A stretch of DNA of 54,997 bases, taken from Opitutales bacterium. GTDB taxonomy: Bacteria; Verrucomicrobiota; Verrucomicrobiia; Opitutales; UBA2987. Shown here piece by piece: positions 28,212 through 40,098 of the stretch. The position numbers and the translations under genes were made by a program. A model generated the notes under the pieces. The model had not been told where the DNA came from, did no database searches, and saw only the letters and a program-made list of their open reading frames with translations. The first letter of the stretch is position 1; every line of letters begins with the position of its first letter. The stretch lies in the NCBI GenBank assembly GCA_965226885.1, contig CBDDEL010000008.1:1-54997 (forward strand). The letters are read 5' to 3'.

Positions 28212-30028
28212 GAGGCTGTCCCAAAAGGGTGATTTTTGCGAGGGCTTTTGATAGGCGCTCATTTTAGAGGTATTTGCATTTGGGAGAGTATCAACTTTGC
28301 TCTCCTATGACGTTAGGATACTGGTTTTGGGGTCCGGTTGCCTGGTTTTCTTTGTATGAGCCGACAGTAAGGCTGTGAAAAAGTATTGTCCTTGCTTTTC
28401 CGCTCTCTAGGCCGCCGCTTTGGTTTTTAGTTCGTCTTGCTGGGCCAGCATCTTGGCTACTTTCCATAGGTTGTGCGAGAGTACCGACCAGGCTACGCTG
28501 ATCGAGCGGTTGGCAAAGCCTTTGCTGCGCAACCGCCCGGCCTGCCAGCGATTCTTCAATACCCCGATCCGCCCTTCGGTGCTGGCCCGGCGCTTTTGCA
28601 ATTGTCTGAACAGTGGTTCCTCCATCCGTTTTTTCAACTGCTTCGGATCGCGTGGACAGAGCGCGTCGTAGATTCCCTCCTGGGCTAACTGCCGGCGGGC
28701 CCGCTGGGAGGCAAATCCCCGGTCCGCGCACATGGCCGCTATGGGTTCTTCCAGGTTGAAGCGGTTCTGTCTTTGCAAACTCTCTTGCATTTGTTCATTT
28801 TCGCTTGGAGTTCGGCTGCCGTAGAGTTTCCAGTCCAGCAGGTACCCTTCAACGCTTTCTCCCAAAAACAGGGTGTTGCCGAACTCGGCCTCTTGGCCCG
28901 CTTTACCTCGCACAATCACCTGCCCATCGAGTTCGTAAACACTCAAGACTTTCTCTGCGTTTTTCACCTGGCGGCCGCCAATGATCCGCTCGTGCGCCTG
29001 TTTGATGACCACCGGGATTTGCTCGCTCATGCGCTCCATCCGGGCGAGGATCTGTTGGACCTGTTTTTCGCTGTAATCGCTTTGCTCCCAGCAGGCTTGC
29101 AATAATTCCCGGTGACTGCGGGCATGCTCCCCGATCCGTTTGAGCAGCTTTTTCATCTGCCTCAAGATACCCTTGCGCTGCCGCGCGCTGTCCTTTCGCC
29201 GCCGGCTGTGGGTCATCTGTATGCACAGCCGATTCATCTGCCGAGCCAAGGGCTCCGGTTCGATCGGCATGCGATGGCGCAAACCGGCCTTCTCGCGGAT
29301 CAGCCGGATCGCTTTGAGCAACGTGCCGGCTACATCCTTGAGTAATACCCAGTCCGTCGGCCAATGAATGTTAGCCTCCAAACAGGTGCCGTCGATCAGG
29401 CAAATGGTGGTGTCAATCGGCTTGTCCAATCCCACCTGCCGGGCCAGAAGGGCATCGCCCACCACCTCAGTCAAGGTCCGGTGCAAGGCCCTCAACTGCT
29501 CTTCGCTGAAAAACTTCGAGGCCCGCTCCAGGGTGCTTTTGGAGATGCCCCTGATGCCATCGATCTGCCGGACACGGCAAAAGTCGGCCAACAGATCGCT
29601 GCTGCCCAGAGCCCGCGACAAATGCCGAAACGAAATCCCTCCGAGCAGACGGCCCAGCGTATCCATGCGCAGTGCCTTGATGGCAAAACTGGCCCGCTGC
29701 CGCCGGGCCTTTAGACCCATTGGCGGCCACCCCTCCAAGGCCAGCTCAATGGCCTGCGATTCCACCTCCGAGTCGATCAGCAGCCGATCGATTCGATCAA
29801 TGGTGGCGCGGAAGTTATCGTAATCGAGGCACCGGTCGACCACAGTTAAAGCTGGACGCAGGAGGCATTGGATGGCTATATTTTTCATAGAAAGGGCTAT
29901 ATTGATTTTCGCTAACTCAATTATAGAACCCTTTTTTGGCCGGATCGAGCAAAAACTTGCTCTTTCCGGCTCTTTTTATCAACGTCATCCAGTTGACTAT
30001 AAAATCTTTATATTTTTGGGACAGCCTC
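28212..30028 (-). mobile_element. IS5-like (possibly ISNCY) insertion sequence, copy A
   Basis: IRs GAGGCTGTCCCAAAA; flanks TAGCTA and TAACTA (not identical). Confidence 0.9.
28407..29888 (-). CDS. IS5-like DDE transposase (intact)
   Basis: IDGTCLEANIHWPTD, RGKAGQEAEFG, ADRGF, RASTEGRIGVLK. Confidence 0.88.
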   Translation of the reverse strand: MKNIAIQCLLRPALTVVDRCLDYDNFRATIDRIDRLLIDSEVESQAIELALEGWPPMGLKARRQRASFAIKALRMDTLGRLLGGISFRHLSRALGSSDLLADFCRVRQIDGIRGISKSTLERASKFFSEEQLRALHRTLTEVVGDALLARQVGLDKPIDTTICLIDGTCLEANIHWPTDWVLLKDVAGTLLKAIRLIREKAGLRHRMPIEPEPLARQMNRLCIQMTHSRRRKDSARQRKGILRQMKKLLKRIGEHARSHRELLQACWEQSDYSEKQVQQILARMERMSEQIPVVIKQAHERIIGGRQVKNAEKVLSVYELDGQVIVRGKAGQEAEFGNTLFLGESVEGYLLDWKLYGSRTPSENEQMQESLQRQNRFNLEEPIAAMCADRGFASQRARRQLAQEGIYDALCPRDPKQLKKRMEEPLFRQLQKRRASTEGRIGVLKNRWQAGRLRSKGFANRSISVAWSVLSHNLWKVAKMLAQQDELKTKAAA

Positions 30029-30058
30029 TAACTAACCCTTAAATCTAACAATCTCCTC

Positions 30059-33000
30059 ATGGCACCATCTACCGAAAAATACCACCCACACGCAATGGTC
30101 ACAATCCGCATGGCAGTCTTGTCGATAGGATGGGCTCTGTTTTCTTCTATTCTACAGGCGGAGGAAAGGATCGCCGCGAGACCTGCTCAAGCCGGGTTGA
30201 ACCCACCTGATAACTCTGTCATAGCAGCGGCCGTTTTGGCGGAATCTGAAAGGCAGCAGCAATCGGTTGTACGAGCCCGCGAAATTTTGCCAAGAGCCTC
30301 CCGCATGCTGGCCCGGGGTGATTATGCCGGGACCTTGCGAATCATCGATGAGACGCTTGGCCTTATGCGCTACACCATTTTCACACAAGCGGTGATCGAT
30401 GACCTGAGAAAGCTCCGGGCAAACGCGGTTCAAATGTTGTCCCAACGAGCAGATTACGGCCCTGAATCAATTGGCCCTTATACCGAATCGCGTAGCGTTT
30501 CCACTCAACAGGAAGAAGGAGAGAGGATGCGCCCTGCAATTAAAGAGCAGTTGCTTTCGGAAGTGGCTCGCGGCTGGCAGCGCCCCCAAGTTTTCGACCG
30601 GGCACAGGCCCCCAAAAACGAAATTTCATCCAATGGTCTGCGGGAAAAACTGGAACGCATTGCGCTGCCCCAAATTGATTTCAACGGGGTCGTCTTGAGC
30701 CGGGTCATCGACACCCGATCGGCCCTTTCACTGGAATTCGATCCGGACGAGGCAGGGGTTAATATCGTTGTAATCGACCCGGCGGGAAGCGACCCGGAAG
30801 TCAGGATTACCTTGCGCCGTTTGACGCTGAACCGGATCCTTGATTTTATTGTCGAATCGGTCGGGTTTGAATACGATGTGCAAAACGACGCCGTGGTCGT
30901 GCGTCCCGGTTCCGGGGGCGGTAACCGCCTGGAGACCGATTTTTTTCCCCTCTCGCGATCCACCATGATTCGATTGACCGGAATCGGACTGGAGGAGACA
31001 TTCCTTAATAACGGTTCCGGCGACCCCTTTGCTCCCGCTCTGCCGTCGGCCGGGGATCCCACTCTGCCAACCGCGGAGGAAGAGGCGCTGAAAAGTTTCC
31101 TGCAGAGGGCGGGCATTCCCTTCGATCAAATTCCGAACGCCGCTCTGGCCTTGGCCGACGGCCAATTGATCGTTACCAACACCCCGAGGAATCTCGAAAA
31201 AGTCCGCAACCTCTTGCGCCGTTACAACGAAATCAAGCAAGTCGAAATCGAAACCAAATTTCTGGAAGTGCGGCAGAGCGACCTCGATGAAATGGGAATC
31301 AACTGGCTGGTTACAGGAGCCAACGATACCTTTTCCACCTCCGGGCGCTCCCTCAAGGATGCCTTTTCCATCAATCCCGACTCCAGCCGAATCAATATCA
31401 GCCGGGGAACCACCTTCGAGCCGATCACGGAATCGACCTCCCGGCAAGTCCTCAATCCTATAACCGGCATCATCGAAACGCTCACCGATTCCATAACGAG
31501 CTCTCGCGCTGTGGCCGGGGACGGGCTGTCCGTTCCCGTTAAACCGCCCGAAATTCCCGGTTCTATCGATCTGGCAACCAATGCCGGAAACCTGGCCGTC
31601 ATTACAGGAGGTATCAGTGGTTTTCAAGTCCAAGCCGTCATTCGCGCCCTTTCCCGCAAGGAAGGCAGCGATCTTTTGAGCGCCCCCAAAGTGACCGTCC
31701 TATCCGGTAAAACGGCGGAGATCGTGGTCGCCCAGGAATTTCGCTATCCGGAAAATTACGGCGACATCAGGGCCAGCGTATCCAGCGATTCGCTCTCCCT
31801 GGGCTCCGGCGGGGGCTCGGGTTCGGTCGCCATCACGGCGGGGACTCCGCGAGATTTTGCGGTGCGCAATATCGGCGTCGAAATGGAAGTCACCCCAACC
31901 GTCGAGGATGACAACAGCATCAGTCTTTTGTTGGAGCCTAAAGTTACCGAGTTCGAAGGTTTCGTCGAATACGGAGGCCCCAGCATCGCCATTTCCGGCT
32001 CCACCACCGTGACGGTGCCCTCCGGCTTTTTCCAACCCATTTTCTCCGTGCGCAAAATCAAGACGGAAGTCACCATTTGGGACGGCGCCACAGTGGTCAT
32101 GGGCGGCTTGACCCGCGAGCAAGTCCACACGGTTGAGGACAAAGTGCCCATCCTGGGAGACATTCCCGTGATAGGTCGTCTTTTCAGATCGAAAGGCGAA
32201 ACCAGTCAAAAAAGAAATTTGCTCATTTTTGTGACAGCCAACCTGATCAGCCCCGGGGGCTCTCCAGCCCAACAGAAGCTTAGCCCGGATATTTCGTAAA
32301 AAAAGTATCGTTGATATGCTTAACTGCTGATATACAGCAGGATAGATCAATAATTAAAGCAATATCAGCGATGACAAAAGGTAAACAATTAAAGCTACAG
32401 TTGACAAGGGTAAAAGGCCGCCGTGTGCGGGTTGATTTCAAGGGCGGAGAGGTTACTTCGGATGCCGGACTGCTTTTGATCCGGGAAGTGGATCGGCAGT
32501 TGGGCTTGACCGAACGAGCGGCCCGACAGTTAGTGGACAAACGGCAGAAGGGCAAAGTACGCCATGAGGTATTGGGGATGCTGCGGCAGCGCGTTTACGG
32601 GCTGGTGGCGGGCTATGAGGATTTGAACGACTTTGATACCCTGCGCCACGATCCATTGTTGCAAACGGTAACGGGGCGCATTGAAACGTTGGCCAGCGCG
32701 CCGACTTTGTGTCGTTTTGAAAACGGGCAGGATCGGCGGGCGGCCTTTGCGGTAAACGAGCTGTTGGTCGAACAGTTCATGGGCTCCTTTGCCGAGGAAC
32801 CCGAAGAGATCATCCTGGACTTTGACGCCACCGACACTCCGGTGCACGGGCTCCAGGAGGGACGTTTTTTCCACGGTTATTATGATCATTACTGTTTTCT
32901 GCCGCTATATGTTTTTTGCGGTGATCAGCTGCTGGTGGCCTACCTGCGGCCGAGCAAGATCGATGCCAGCAAGCATGCTGGGGCCATCCTCAAATTGCTG

Positions 33001-33940
33001 GTTAAACGGATTCGCCAAAGCTGGCCCCGTACGCGGATTATTTGGCGCGCCGACAGTGGATTTTGTCGAGACCGGATACTCTCTTGGTGCGACCGCAACG
33101 AAGTTAGTTACATCGTGGGGATGGCTCGCAATGCACGCTTGCAGCAAGACGCCCAGCAGTTGCAAAAGCAGGCCAAAGAATGGTTCGAACAAAGAATGGT
33201 TCGAACTAAGGGGTAAAAAACAACGGTTATTCCAGGACTTCGTCTATGCTGCCGATTCGTGGCGATGGCTGCGGTTGGTCATCCATAAAGCCGAACACAC
33301 CGCACAGGGGTCCAACCCGCGCTTCGTGGTGACGAACCTGCCGGGCGATCCCCAGGAGCTTTACGACAAGGTATACTGTGGCCGCGGTGAAATGGAGAAC
33401 CGAATCAAGGAACAGATGCAATTGTTCAGCGAGCGCACCAGCGCCCATCAATGGTGGGCCAATCAGTGGCGATTGCTCTTGTCGGCGCTGGCCTACACCT
33501 TGATGGAAGCCATGCGCCGGTTAGCCTTAAAAGGGACGAAGTGGGCGCGGGCCCAATGCCACACCCTGCGGCTCAAATTAATCAAGATCGGAGCGGTCAT
33601 CGTGCGCAACACCCGAACGATTCACTTTCACCTAAGTGAGAGTTATCCTTGGGCCAGTCTTTTCAACCATGCGGCCCGCCGATTGGTGCCAACCTAAAGG
33701 GTGCATTGGTGCTGCCCCCGGCACTACCGAACCAATGGGGGAAAGGGGGCAGTGTCTCTACACCCTGAAAAACACCTAAAAATCAAGACGATCTGCTCAA
33801 AATACAAAGAAATCCATCTCCAATAGCAATAACGAGCCAAACTTTACCCTTCATGAAATATCCGGGTTAGGGGCATCGAACCGGGATCGCTTTATCAAAA
33901 TCCGGCCATGATCACTCCCGGCGGCGCGGTCAATCGATAA
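30059..33940 (+). pseudogene. Type II/III secretion-system secretin (GspD/PilQ-like); the last 23 aa are cut off by IS1380 (ORF now 30059-32299)
   Basis: QVEIETKFLEV, LLSAPKVTV, KVPILGDIPVIGRLF, LLIFVTA. Removing the IS restores QQKLRGIEPGSLYQNPAMITPGGAVNR*. Confidence 0.85.
32284..33866 (+). mobile_element. IS1380-family copy B; transposase 32371-33697 frameshifted by a 16-bp duplication
   Basis: Same IRs; TSD TTAG; CAAAGAATGGTTCGAA x2 at 33174-33205. Confidence 0.95.
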
Positions 33941-33992
33941 TTACCGCAAATGCAGGATTGATTTCGCTCCCGGAATCCACAAACCTGCCTTC

Positions 33993-34865
33993 ATGGCCAA
34001 ATGGCTGCTCATTGATGGTTTGAATATGGCCTATCGGGCTTTTTACGGGATGCCTGGACTGACTCGGTCCGACGGCTTTCCCACCAATGCCATTCATGGC
34101 TGGGTGAGAACCCTTTGGCGTTTGGAGGATGACAACCGGCCCCAAAACATGATCATCTTCTACGATCTGGGCGAGGATGAAGAACGCTCGAAGCTGCAAC
34201 CCGGCTACAAAGCCCAGCGGGATGAAACTCCTCCCGATTTGGCCAAACAACTACCCATGATGAAGGAGTTGGGCCGGGCAATGGGTTTTGGGCAAGTGGA
34301 AAAGACCGGAGTGGAAGCCGACGATCTACTGGGCGCCGCTGCCCATGAACTGGTCACCCAAGGTCATCAAGTCGTCATTGTCAGTTCCGATAAGGACTTT
34401 GCCCAGTGCATCGGCTCCGGTGTAACCCAGCTCCTGCCTCCGCCCACGGCCAATCCCCGGCTGGGGTGGCGCAAACTCGATGAAGAGGGGGTGAAAAAAA
34501 AGTTTGGCGTAAAGCCGTCCCAAATTCCCGAATACCTGGCCCTGGTCGGTGATACTGCCGACAATATCAAGGGCTTGCCAGGGGTGGGCCCGAAAACGGC
34601 CTCAAAATGGCTTTCCGCCTATGGTTCCCTGGAAAATATCATCAATAATTGCGGAAGATTGAACCCTAAGCGTTTCCAAAACCTGGTCCACCTGAATGCC
34701 GAGCGCCTGAGGGTAAACCTGATCATGACCACCCTGCGGCTGGATGAGGATTTCGGGGAACTCGCCCAAGCGGCCGATCCCGCGCGGGTCGTTTCGCTCC
34801 TCGAGGAAATGGAAATGAAACGCTCCGTCAACGATGCTATCCATCGCTACGGAATGCAATCCTGA
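33993..34865 (+). CDS. Stand-alone 5'-3' exonuclease / flap endonuclease (PolA N-terminal-like)
   Basis: LLIDG, YKAQR, EADD, SSDKD, LVGDTADNIKGLPGVGPKTA. Confidence 0.92.
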   Translation: MAKWLLIDGLNMAYRAFYGMPGLTRSDGFPTNAIHGWVRTLWRLEDDNRPQNMIIFYDLGEDEERSKLQPGYKAQRDETPPDLAKQLPMMKELGRAMGFGQVEKTGVEADDLLGAAAHELVTQGHQVVIVSSDKDFAQCIGSGVTQLLPPPTANPRLGWRKLDEEGVKKKFGVKPSQIPEYLALVGDTADNIKGLPGVGPKTASKWLSAYGSLENIINNCGRLNPKRFQNLVHLNAERLRVNLIMTTLRLDEDFGELAQAADPARVVSLLEEMEMKRSVNDAIHRYGMQS

Positions 34866-34885
34866 TGCCGCCACACCCCAAGGCT

Positions 34886-35641
34886 TCAACTGGATTCGCT
34901 ATCTTCCGCTTTTTCCTCGGCATCGTAGATATAACCGACCCCGTGGATGGTGCGAAAGGCGTCCATGCTGCAATCGTGGGAATTATAATAATCCCGTATT
35001 TTTACAATATACTGGTCCAGTGAACGGCTCTTGACGTCGGCATGGATGCCCCAAACGGCGTGGATGAGGCTGCGCCGGGTCAGGACAGTGCCCTTGTTGG
35101 AAACCAGGTAGGTGAGAATGCCAAGCTCTTTGCGGCCTATTTTTTCAACATTGCCGTCGGGAAATTCGATTTCCAGGCGGGTTGACAGGATGGTCGCGCC
35201 GCAGAACTCAAAACTGTCCTGGCTGAGCCGGGCGTTTTTCGTGATGTTGTAGTCCTGAGCCGTCTCCGCCCTTCTCAAAACGGCGTGGATGCGGGCGATC
35301 AATTCCGGAAAGCTGAAGGGCTTGGTCATATAATCGTCCCCCCCCATTTCCAGACCTTTTACCTTGTGCACCTCTGAATTGCTGGCTGTCAAAAAAACCA
35401 CCGGAACATGAATGTCGAGCTTCTTCAATTCCTCCAACAAGGCAAAACCCGTGGAGGCGGGCAGGTTGACATCGAGCAGCATCAAGTTGGCAAAGTTGTT
35501 TTGCAGAAACCGCACCACATGGGACGCGCGGTGATAGACTTGAGTCATCATGCCGGACATTTCCAATTGCTCGGCAATTAAATGCGCCAGATCGATTTCG
35601 TCCTCCACGACGAGAATCAGCGGTTTGGGTTTGGCAGCCAT
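34886..35641 (-). CDS. OmpR/PhoB-family response regulator (no adjacent kinase)
   Basis: VVEDE, LLDVNLP, FLTA, DDYMTKPF, winged-helix RTIHGVGY. Confidence 0.92.
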   Translation of the reverse strand: MAAKPKPLILVVEDEIDLAHLIAEQLEMSGMMTQVYHRASHVVRFLQNNFANLMLLDVNLPASTGFALLEELKKLDIHVPVVFLTASNSEVHKVKGLEMGGDDYMTKPFSFPELIARIHAVLRRAETAQDYNITKNARLSQDSFEFCGATILSTRLEIEFPDGNVEKIGRKELGILTYLVSNKGTVLTRRSLIHAVWGIHADVKSRSLDQYIVKIRDYYNSHDCSMDAFRTIHGVGYIYDAEEKAEDSESS

Positions 35642-35840
35642 TTTATTTAGAAATGGTAGAGGTCTTTCCCTGAATTCGGATGCGAAAATTAGGTTAATTA
35701 AGACAATACAAGTTTTTTCCTATAGTGTCAAAAAGTAGGCTATTTTGATTTTTTTACAAACTTTTGATTTTTTTTTTACATTTAAACGGAAATTTTTAGC
35801 TTGTCGCTCAAACTGGTTCACTCTCTTTTGAAACCATTCC

Positions 35841-36725
35841 ATGACTCAAAACAAACCATTGCTGATGTTCGGCTTGCCCAAAGGCAGCCTGGAAAACGCC
35901 ACACTCGAGCTCTTTTCCAAGGCCGGGTGGCAGATTTTGCGCGGCGCCCGGTCCTACAAGCCCGTTTTTGACGACCCCGATCTGGATGGCCGCTTTGTGC
36001 GTGCTCAGGAAATGAGCCGTTACGTGGAACTCGGCTTCTTCGATTGCGGACTGACCGGCTACGATTGGGTGGTGGAGAATGATTCCGATGTCGTCAAAGT
36101 CAGCGACCTGACCTATAGCCGGGCCACGGCAGTGCCCTCCCGCTGGGTCCTGGCCGTCCACGAATCTTCCGATATCCAGTCATTAAAAGACCTCCAAGGC
36201 CGCCGCATCGCCACCGAAGTGGTCAACATCACCCGCCAATACCTCGAACGGCACGCAGTGCAAGCCGAGGTCGAATTTTCCTGGGGGGCAACCGAAGTCA
36301 AGATACCCGAACTGGTCGATGCCATCGTCGAATTGACCGAGACCGGCAGCTCCCTGCGGGCCAACAAACTGCGTATCATCGACACCGTTTTGCAAACCAA
36401 CACCCAATTGATCGCCAACAAAACCAGTTGGGCCAATCCCGAAAAGCGCAAAAAAATAGAAAACATCGCCATGCTCCTGGGCGCCGCCCTGGCCGCCAAA
36501 GGCAAAGTGGGGCTCAAACTCAACTGCCCCAAATCCCGCCTCGAGGCCCTCTTGGCCGACCTGCCCGCCTTGCGCAGACCCACCATCAGCCGCCTGGCGG
36601 ACGAAGACTGGGTGGCCCTCGAAACCATCATGGACGAAAAAATCGTGCGCGAAATCATCCCCATCCTCAAATCCCACGGGGCCGAAGGCATCATCGAATA
36701 CCCCCTCAACAAAGTCCTCCTCTAG
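35841..36725 (+). CDS. hisG: ATP phosphoribosyltransferase, long form
   Basis: [21 protein letters not shown]-terminal PTIS.L regulatory domain. Confidence 0.95.
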   Translation: MTQNKPLLMFGLPKGSLENATLELFSKAGWQILRGARSYKPVFDDPDLDGRFVRAQEMSRYVELGFFDCGLTGYDWVVENDSDVVKVSDLTYSRATAVPSRWVLAVHESSDIQSLKDLQGRRIATEVVNITRQYLERHAVQAEVEFSWGATEVKIPELVDAIVELTETGSSLRANKLRIIDTVLQTNTQLIANKTSWANPEKRKKIENIAMLLGAALAAKGKVGLKLNCPKSRLEALLADLPALRRPTISRLADEDWVALETIMDEKIVREIIPILKSHGAEGIIEYPLNKVLL

Positions 36726-37828
36726 GCAACGGCAACCCAGTAGACAACCACCGCGGAAACAAACCTCGCGGAAAAGTGTGATCTTATAAGACCAAGAATT
36801 ACACGGATTAATAAAGTCTCATTCGAGATCTGTTAAAAAAATATCCGTGTTTAATAAAAAAGGAGGGGGAATATATTTGCTCCCCATTTCCCTTACAGCG
36901 GCAAAACCACTCCGTGTCATTGCGCCTCATTGAGAGTTTTTTTCCAAGAGCCAAATATTAAATATGAACGTTGACCCCATGCCATTTTTCTTGAAACAGC
37001 AGCTAACGGCTGAGCTGTCTCGACTAATTCTCGAGAAGCTCGCTCTCGATCAAATCTTCCAGTTTGTCTATGTCGGCGGCGAAACGGCGGATGCCTTCGG
37101 CCAGTTTTTCGGTCGTCATGGCGTCTTCGTTAAGGTACCAGCGAAAGGATTTTTCATCGAGCTCCAGTTTTTGCACGGGGTAGGAAGCAGCTATTTCGGG
37201 ATCGAGTTTGCGTTCCACTATCTCTGTTGAAGTTTCCAGTTCACCCAGGAGATTCGGGCTGATGGTGAGCAGGTCGCAGCCGGCCAGCTCAAGGATTTCG
37301 CCCACATTGCGGAAGCTGCCGCCCATAATCTCGGTATCGTGGTCGAATTTTTTGTAATAGTTGTAGATGCTGACCACGGACTGCACTCCGGGATCGTCCT
37401 GCCCGTGATAGTTCTCCCCCGTGTGAGCCTTGTACCAGTCCAGAATGCGACCGACGAAAGGGGAAATGAGGGTGGCTCCGGCCTCGGCGCAGGCTACCGC
37501 CTGGGTCAGGGAAAAGAGCAGCGTAAGGTTGCAATGGATGCCCTCTTTTTCAAGTTCCTGAGCCGCCAGGATGCCTTCCCAGGTGGAGGCGATTTTGATC
37601 AGCACACGTTCCCTATCAATGCCTTGGGCTTCGTAGAGGCCAATCAGCTCGCGGGTGTAAACGCCGGGATGAAACCGGTACGGGGGTCGGGGTAAAACCG
37701 GTACGCTTGGAATAAGGTTTAGGTTAGTAATTGCAGGTACGTCAAGGTTTAGGGTTTGGGAGTTGGTTTTGGGGATTGGCTTGGGGTCGGTGAGGAGGCC
37801 GGAGGCCGACGAGCCGGGCCCAAGGCGT

Positions 37829-38596
37829 TTATTGTTTTGGGCCACGGCGACGGCGTCGAGCATCGCGCAAGCGGTAGCTTTGCCCGTTGGCTTCGAGGAT
37901 ATGCACCCGATGGGTGAGTCGGTCCAGCAGAGCTCCGGTGAGCCGTTCGGAACCGAGCACTTCGATCCAGTTCTCAAAGGGCAGGTTGGTGGTGACGATG
38001 AGACTGGTGCGCTCGTAAGCGCGGCTGACCACGTCGAAGAGCAGTTCGGAACCGGTCTTGGAAAAAGGGACGTAACCGAGTTCGTCGAGGATGAGTAGGT
38101 CGAGCCTTTCGAGTTGCTTCATGAAGCGCTGCAGGTCGTGGTTGTCGCGTTGCTCGAGCATATGGGTAACCAGGGCGGTGACCCCGAAGAAACGGATCCG
38201 CCGGCCCTGGGCACAGGCGGCAAAGCCCAGGGCGGTGGCCAGGTGCGTTTTACCGGTACCGGCGTTACCGAGGAGCAGCACGTTTTCGCGCTGGTCGACA
38301 TACTCCCCGCGCATGAGCTCTCGGATGAGCGCTTCGTTGATCGAGGGCTGCGCTTCAAAGGCGAAGCTCTCGAGGGTCTTGAGCACGGGGAAACGGGCGT
38401 TTTTGATCCGCCGCTGGGCGGCCCGCTGTTCGCGTTCAATGAGCTCCCGTTCGACCAGATGCAACAAAAAGGCGGCGTAATCGAGCCGGTCCCGGGAACA
38501 AGCCGCGGCCACCGCCGGCCATTCGCGCAGGATGGTGGGCAACTTCAGTTTCTTGAGGTGATGGTGTAACAGCAGCTGGTTTTTTTCTTCCTTCAT
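37829..38596 (-). CDS. istB: IS21 helper ATPase
   Basis: [33 protein letters not shown]. Confidence 0.95.
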   Translation of the reverse strand: MKEEKNQLLLHHHLKKLKLPTILREWPAVAAACSRDRLDYAAFLLHLVERELIEREQRAAQRRIKNARFPVLKTLESFAFEAQPSINEALIRELMRGEYVDQRENVLLLGNAGTGKTHLATALGFAACAQGRRIRFFGVTALVTHMLEQRDNHDLQRFMKQLERLDLLILDELGYVPFSKTGSELLFDVVSRAYERTSLIVTTNLPFENWIEVLGSERLTGALLDRLTHRVHILEANGQSYRLRDARRRRRGPKQ

Positions 38597-40098
38597 AAAG
38601 CCCCTCCTGGAATCTTGAGCAGTTCGCTGTAGGCACCGAGGTCAGGGGCGGCCACACGGACGTGACGCAGGTGTGGATGGCCGTCCAGCCGGAAGGTTCT
38701 GCTCCCGTAGTCTTCCTGAGGATAGAGATACTGGGCGATGGCCTCACGAGTCAGTCCCCCCACCCGCAGGGCCGAGACGACGGCCTGCTGCAAGGCCGCC
38801 ATGGGGTGTTTCTCCAACAGCCGCAGCACCCGGATATACTCCCGGGTGCCTTCGCCCCCGCATTGGCTTTCGAGCCGGCGTCTGAGGACCTGCAGGCACT
38901 GCGGCAACTGCCAGCCCGAGAGTGGGCGGGCGAAGTCCAAAGCGCCCGGTTTTTTCTCCAGCAAAGCCAGGTAGTGCACCGGCTCGAAAGAGACTTGCTC
39001 TTTATCCCAAATGCGGCGGTGCCGGGCCACCTCTTGGCCCCCACAGAAGATCACCACCTGCCGACAGGACCCTTCCACCACCACCGGATGGTGGGCGCAG
39101 CGCACCGGCACCGAATAGTCGTTGCACTCGAAGCGCACCAGCGAGAGGCTGCTGACGCAGGTCGAGCGTTTGCGGCTCGCTTCAAAGGGTATGGGCGGCA
39201 ACGCCAGCATGACGGCGCGCTCCTCGGCCAGCAGTTCCTTTTTCACCGCCCTTTTCCCGCGTAATTTACGCTCCATGTCCCGCTCACATGCCTCCAACAG
39301 CTTTGCGTTGAGTTCCTCCAGGTCCCGAACCTGCGGTACCGGTACCAGGAAGTTGGCCCGGGCATAACGCACGATCCCCTCGACCACGCCCTTCTCGTTG
39401 GGCCGGGCGGGCAGACAGAAGTGTTCCTCGAACAGGTAATGGCTCTGTAGCTGCAGAAACCCGTCGGTCAGCTTGCGTTCACGCGAACCGATAATCTTAC
39501 CCACCGCCACCTTCGAGTTGTCATAGCTGATGCGCCGGGGCACCGCCCCGAAAAACTCAAAAGCTCGCAGGTGCCCCTCCCAGAAGCTCTCCGTGCACTC
39601 CCGTTCGAACACCTGCACGAAAAAGGCATCGCTGTAGGGCAGGCTCATGGCAAAAAATGGCCGCCTACGCAATTGCCCCGCCTCCTTCACCAGGGCATGA
39701 CCGAAGTCCACCTGTCCCTCCCCGGGGCGGTGCTCCAGCGGCACGAACACTTCCCGCCGCCTCGCTCGCAGCTCGGCCACCACCTCCTTGACCGCCGTGT
39801 AGCCCCCTTGGTAGCCCTTCTCCCGACCCAAACGCTGGTAGATCCGTTTGGCCGTATGGCGCTGCTTCTTGGGCACGTTCCGGTCCGCTTTGAGCACCTC
39901 CTCGATCCAGCCCACATACGGATCGATCTTGCGCTCTCGCCTCTTCTTGCGCCGGTATCCCGGCGGCTGGGAATAGGCCAGCATCTTTCCCAGGGTCTCC
40001 CAGTGCAGTCCCTCTTCTCGCATTACAGAGCGCTTGCTCTGCTTGTCCCGCAGCACTTTGTGCCGCACTCTTGTCCATTGCTTCATATCTCGATACAC
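38593..40098 (-). CDS. istA: IS21 transposase
   Basis: QVDFG, YDN, EKGVVE, NDYSVP. Confidence 0.94.
   Translation of the reverse strand: MYRDMKQWTRVRHKVLRDKQSKRSVMREEGLHWETLGKMLAYSQPPGYRRKKRRERKIDPYVGWIEEVLKADRNVPKKQRHTAKRIYQRLGREKGYQGGYTAVKEVVAELRARRREVFVPLEHRPGEGQVDFGHALVKEAGQLRRRPFFAMSLPYSDAFFVQVFERECTESFWEGHLRAFEFFGAVPRRISYDNSKVAVGKIIGSRERKLTDGFLQLQSHYLFEEHFCLPARPNEKGVVEGIVRYARANFLVPVPQVRDLEELNAKLLEACERDMERKLRGKRAVKKELLAEERAVMLALPPIPFEASRKRSTCVSSLSLVRFECNDYSVPVRCAHHPVVVEGSCRQVVIFCGGQEVARHRRIWDKEQVSFEPVHYLALLEKKPGALDFARPLSGWQLPQCLQVLRRRLESQCGGEGTREYIRVLRLLEKHPMAALQQAVVSALRVGGLTREAIAQYLYPQEDYGSRTFRLDGHPHLRHVRVAAPDLGAYSELLKIPGGAL

Noticed and set aside
35742..35782. Imperfect repeat TTTTGATTTTTTTTACA upstream of hisG
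   Set aside because: Low-complexity and imperfect; cannot be distinguished between regulator boxes and chance. No His-rich attenuator leader was seen.
37710..37795. Telomere-like G/T-rich tract (GGTTTAGG, GGTTTTGGGG)
   Set aside because: Lies inside the IS21 end region, is irregular and has no consistent period.
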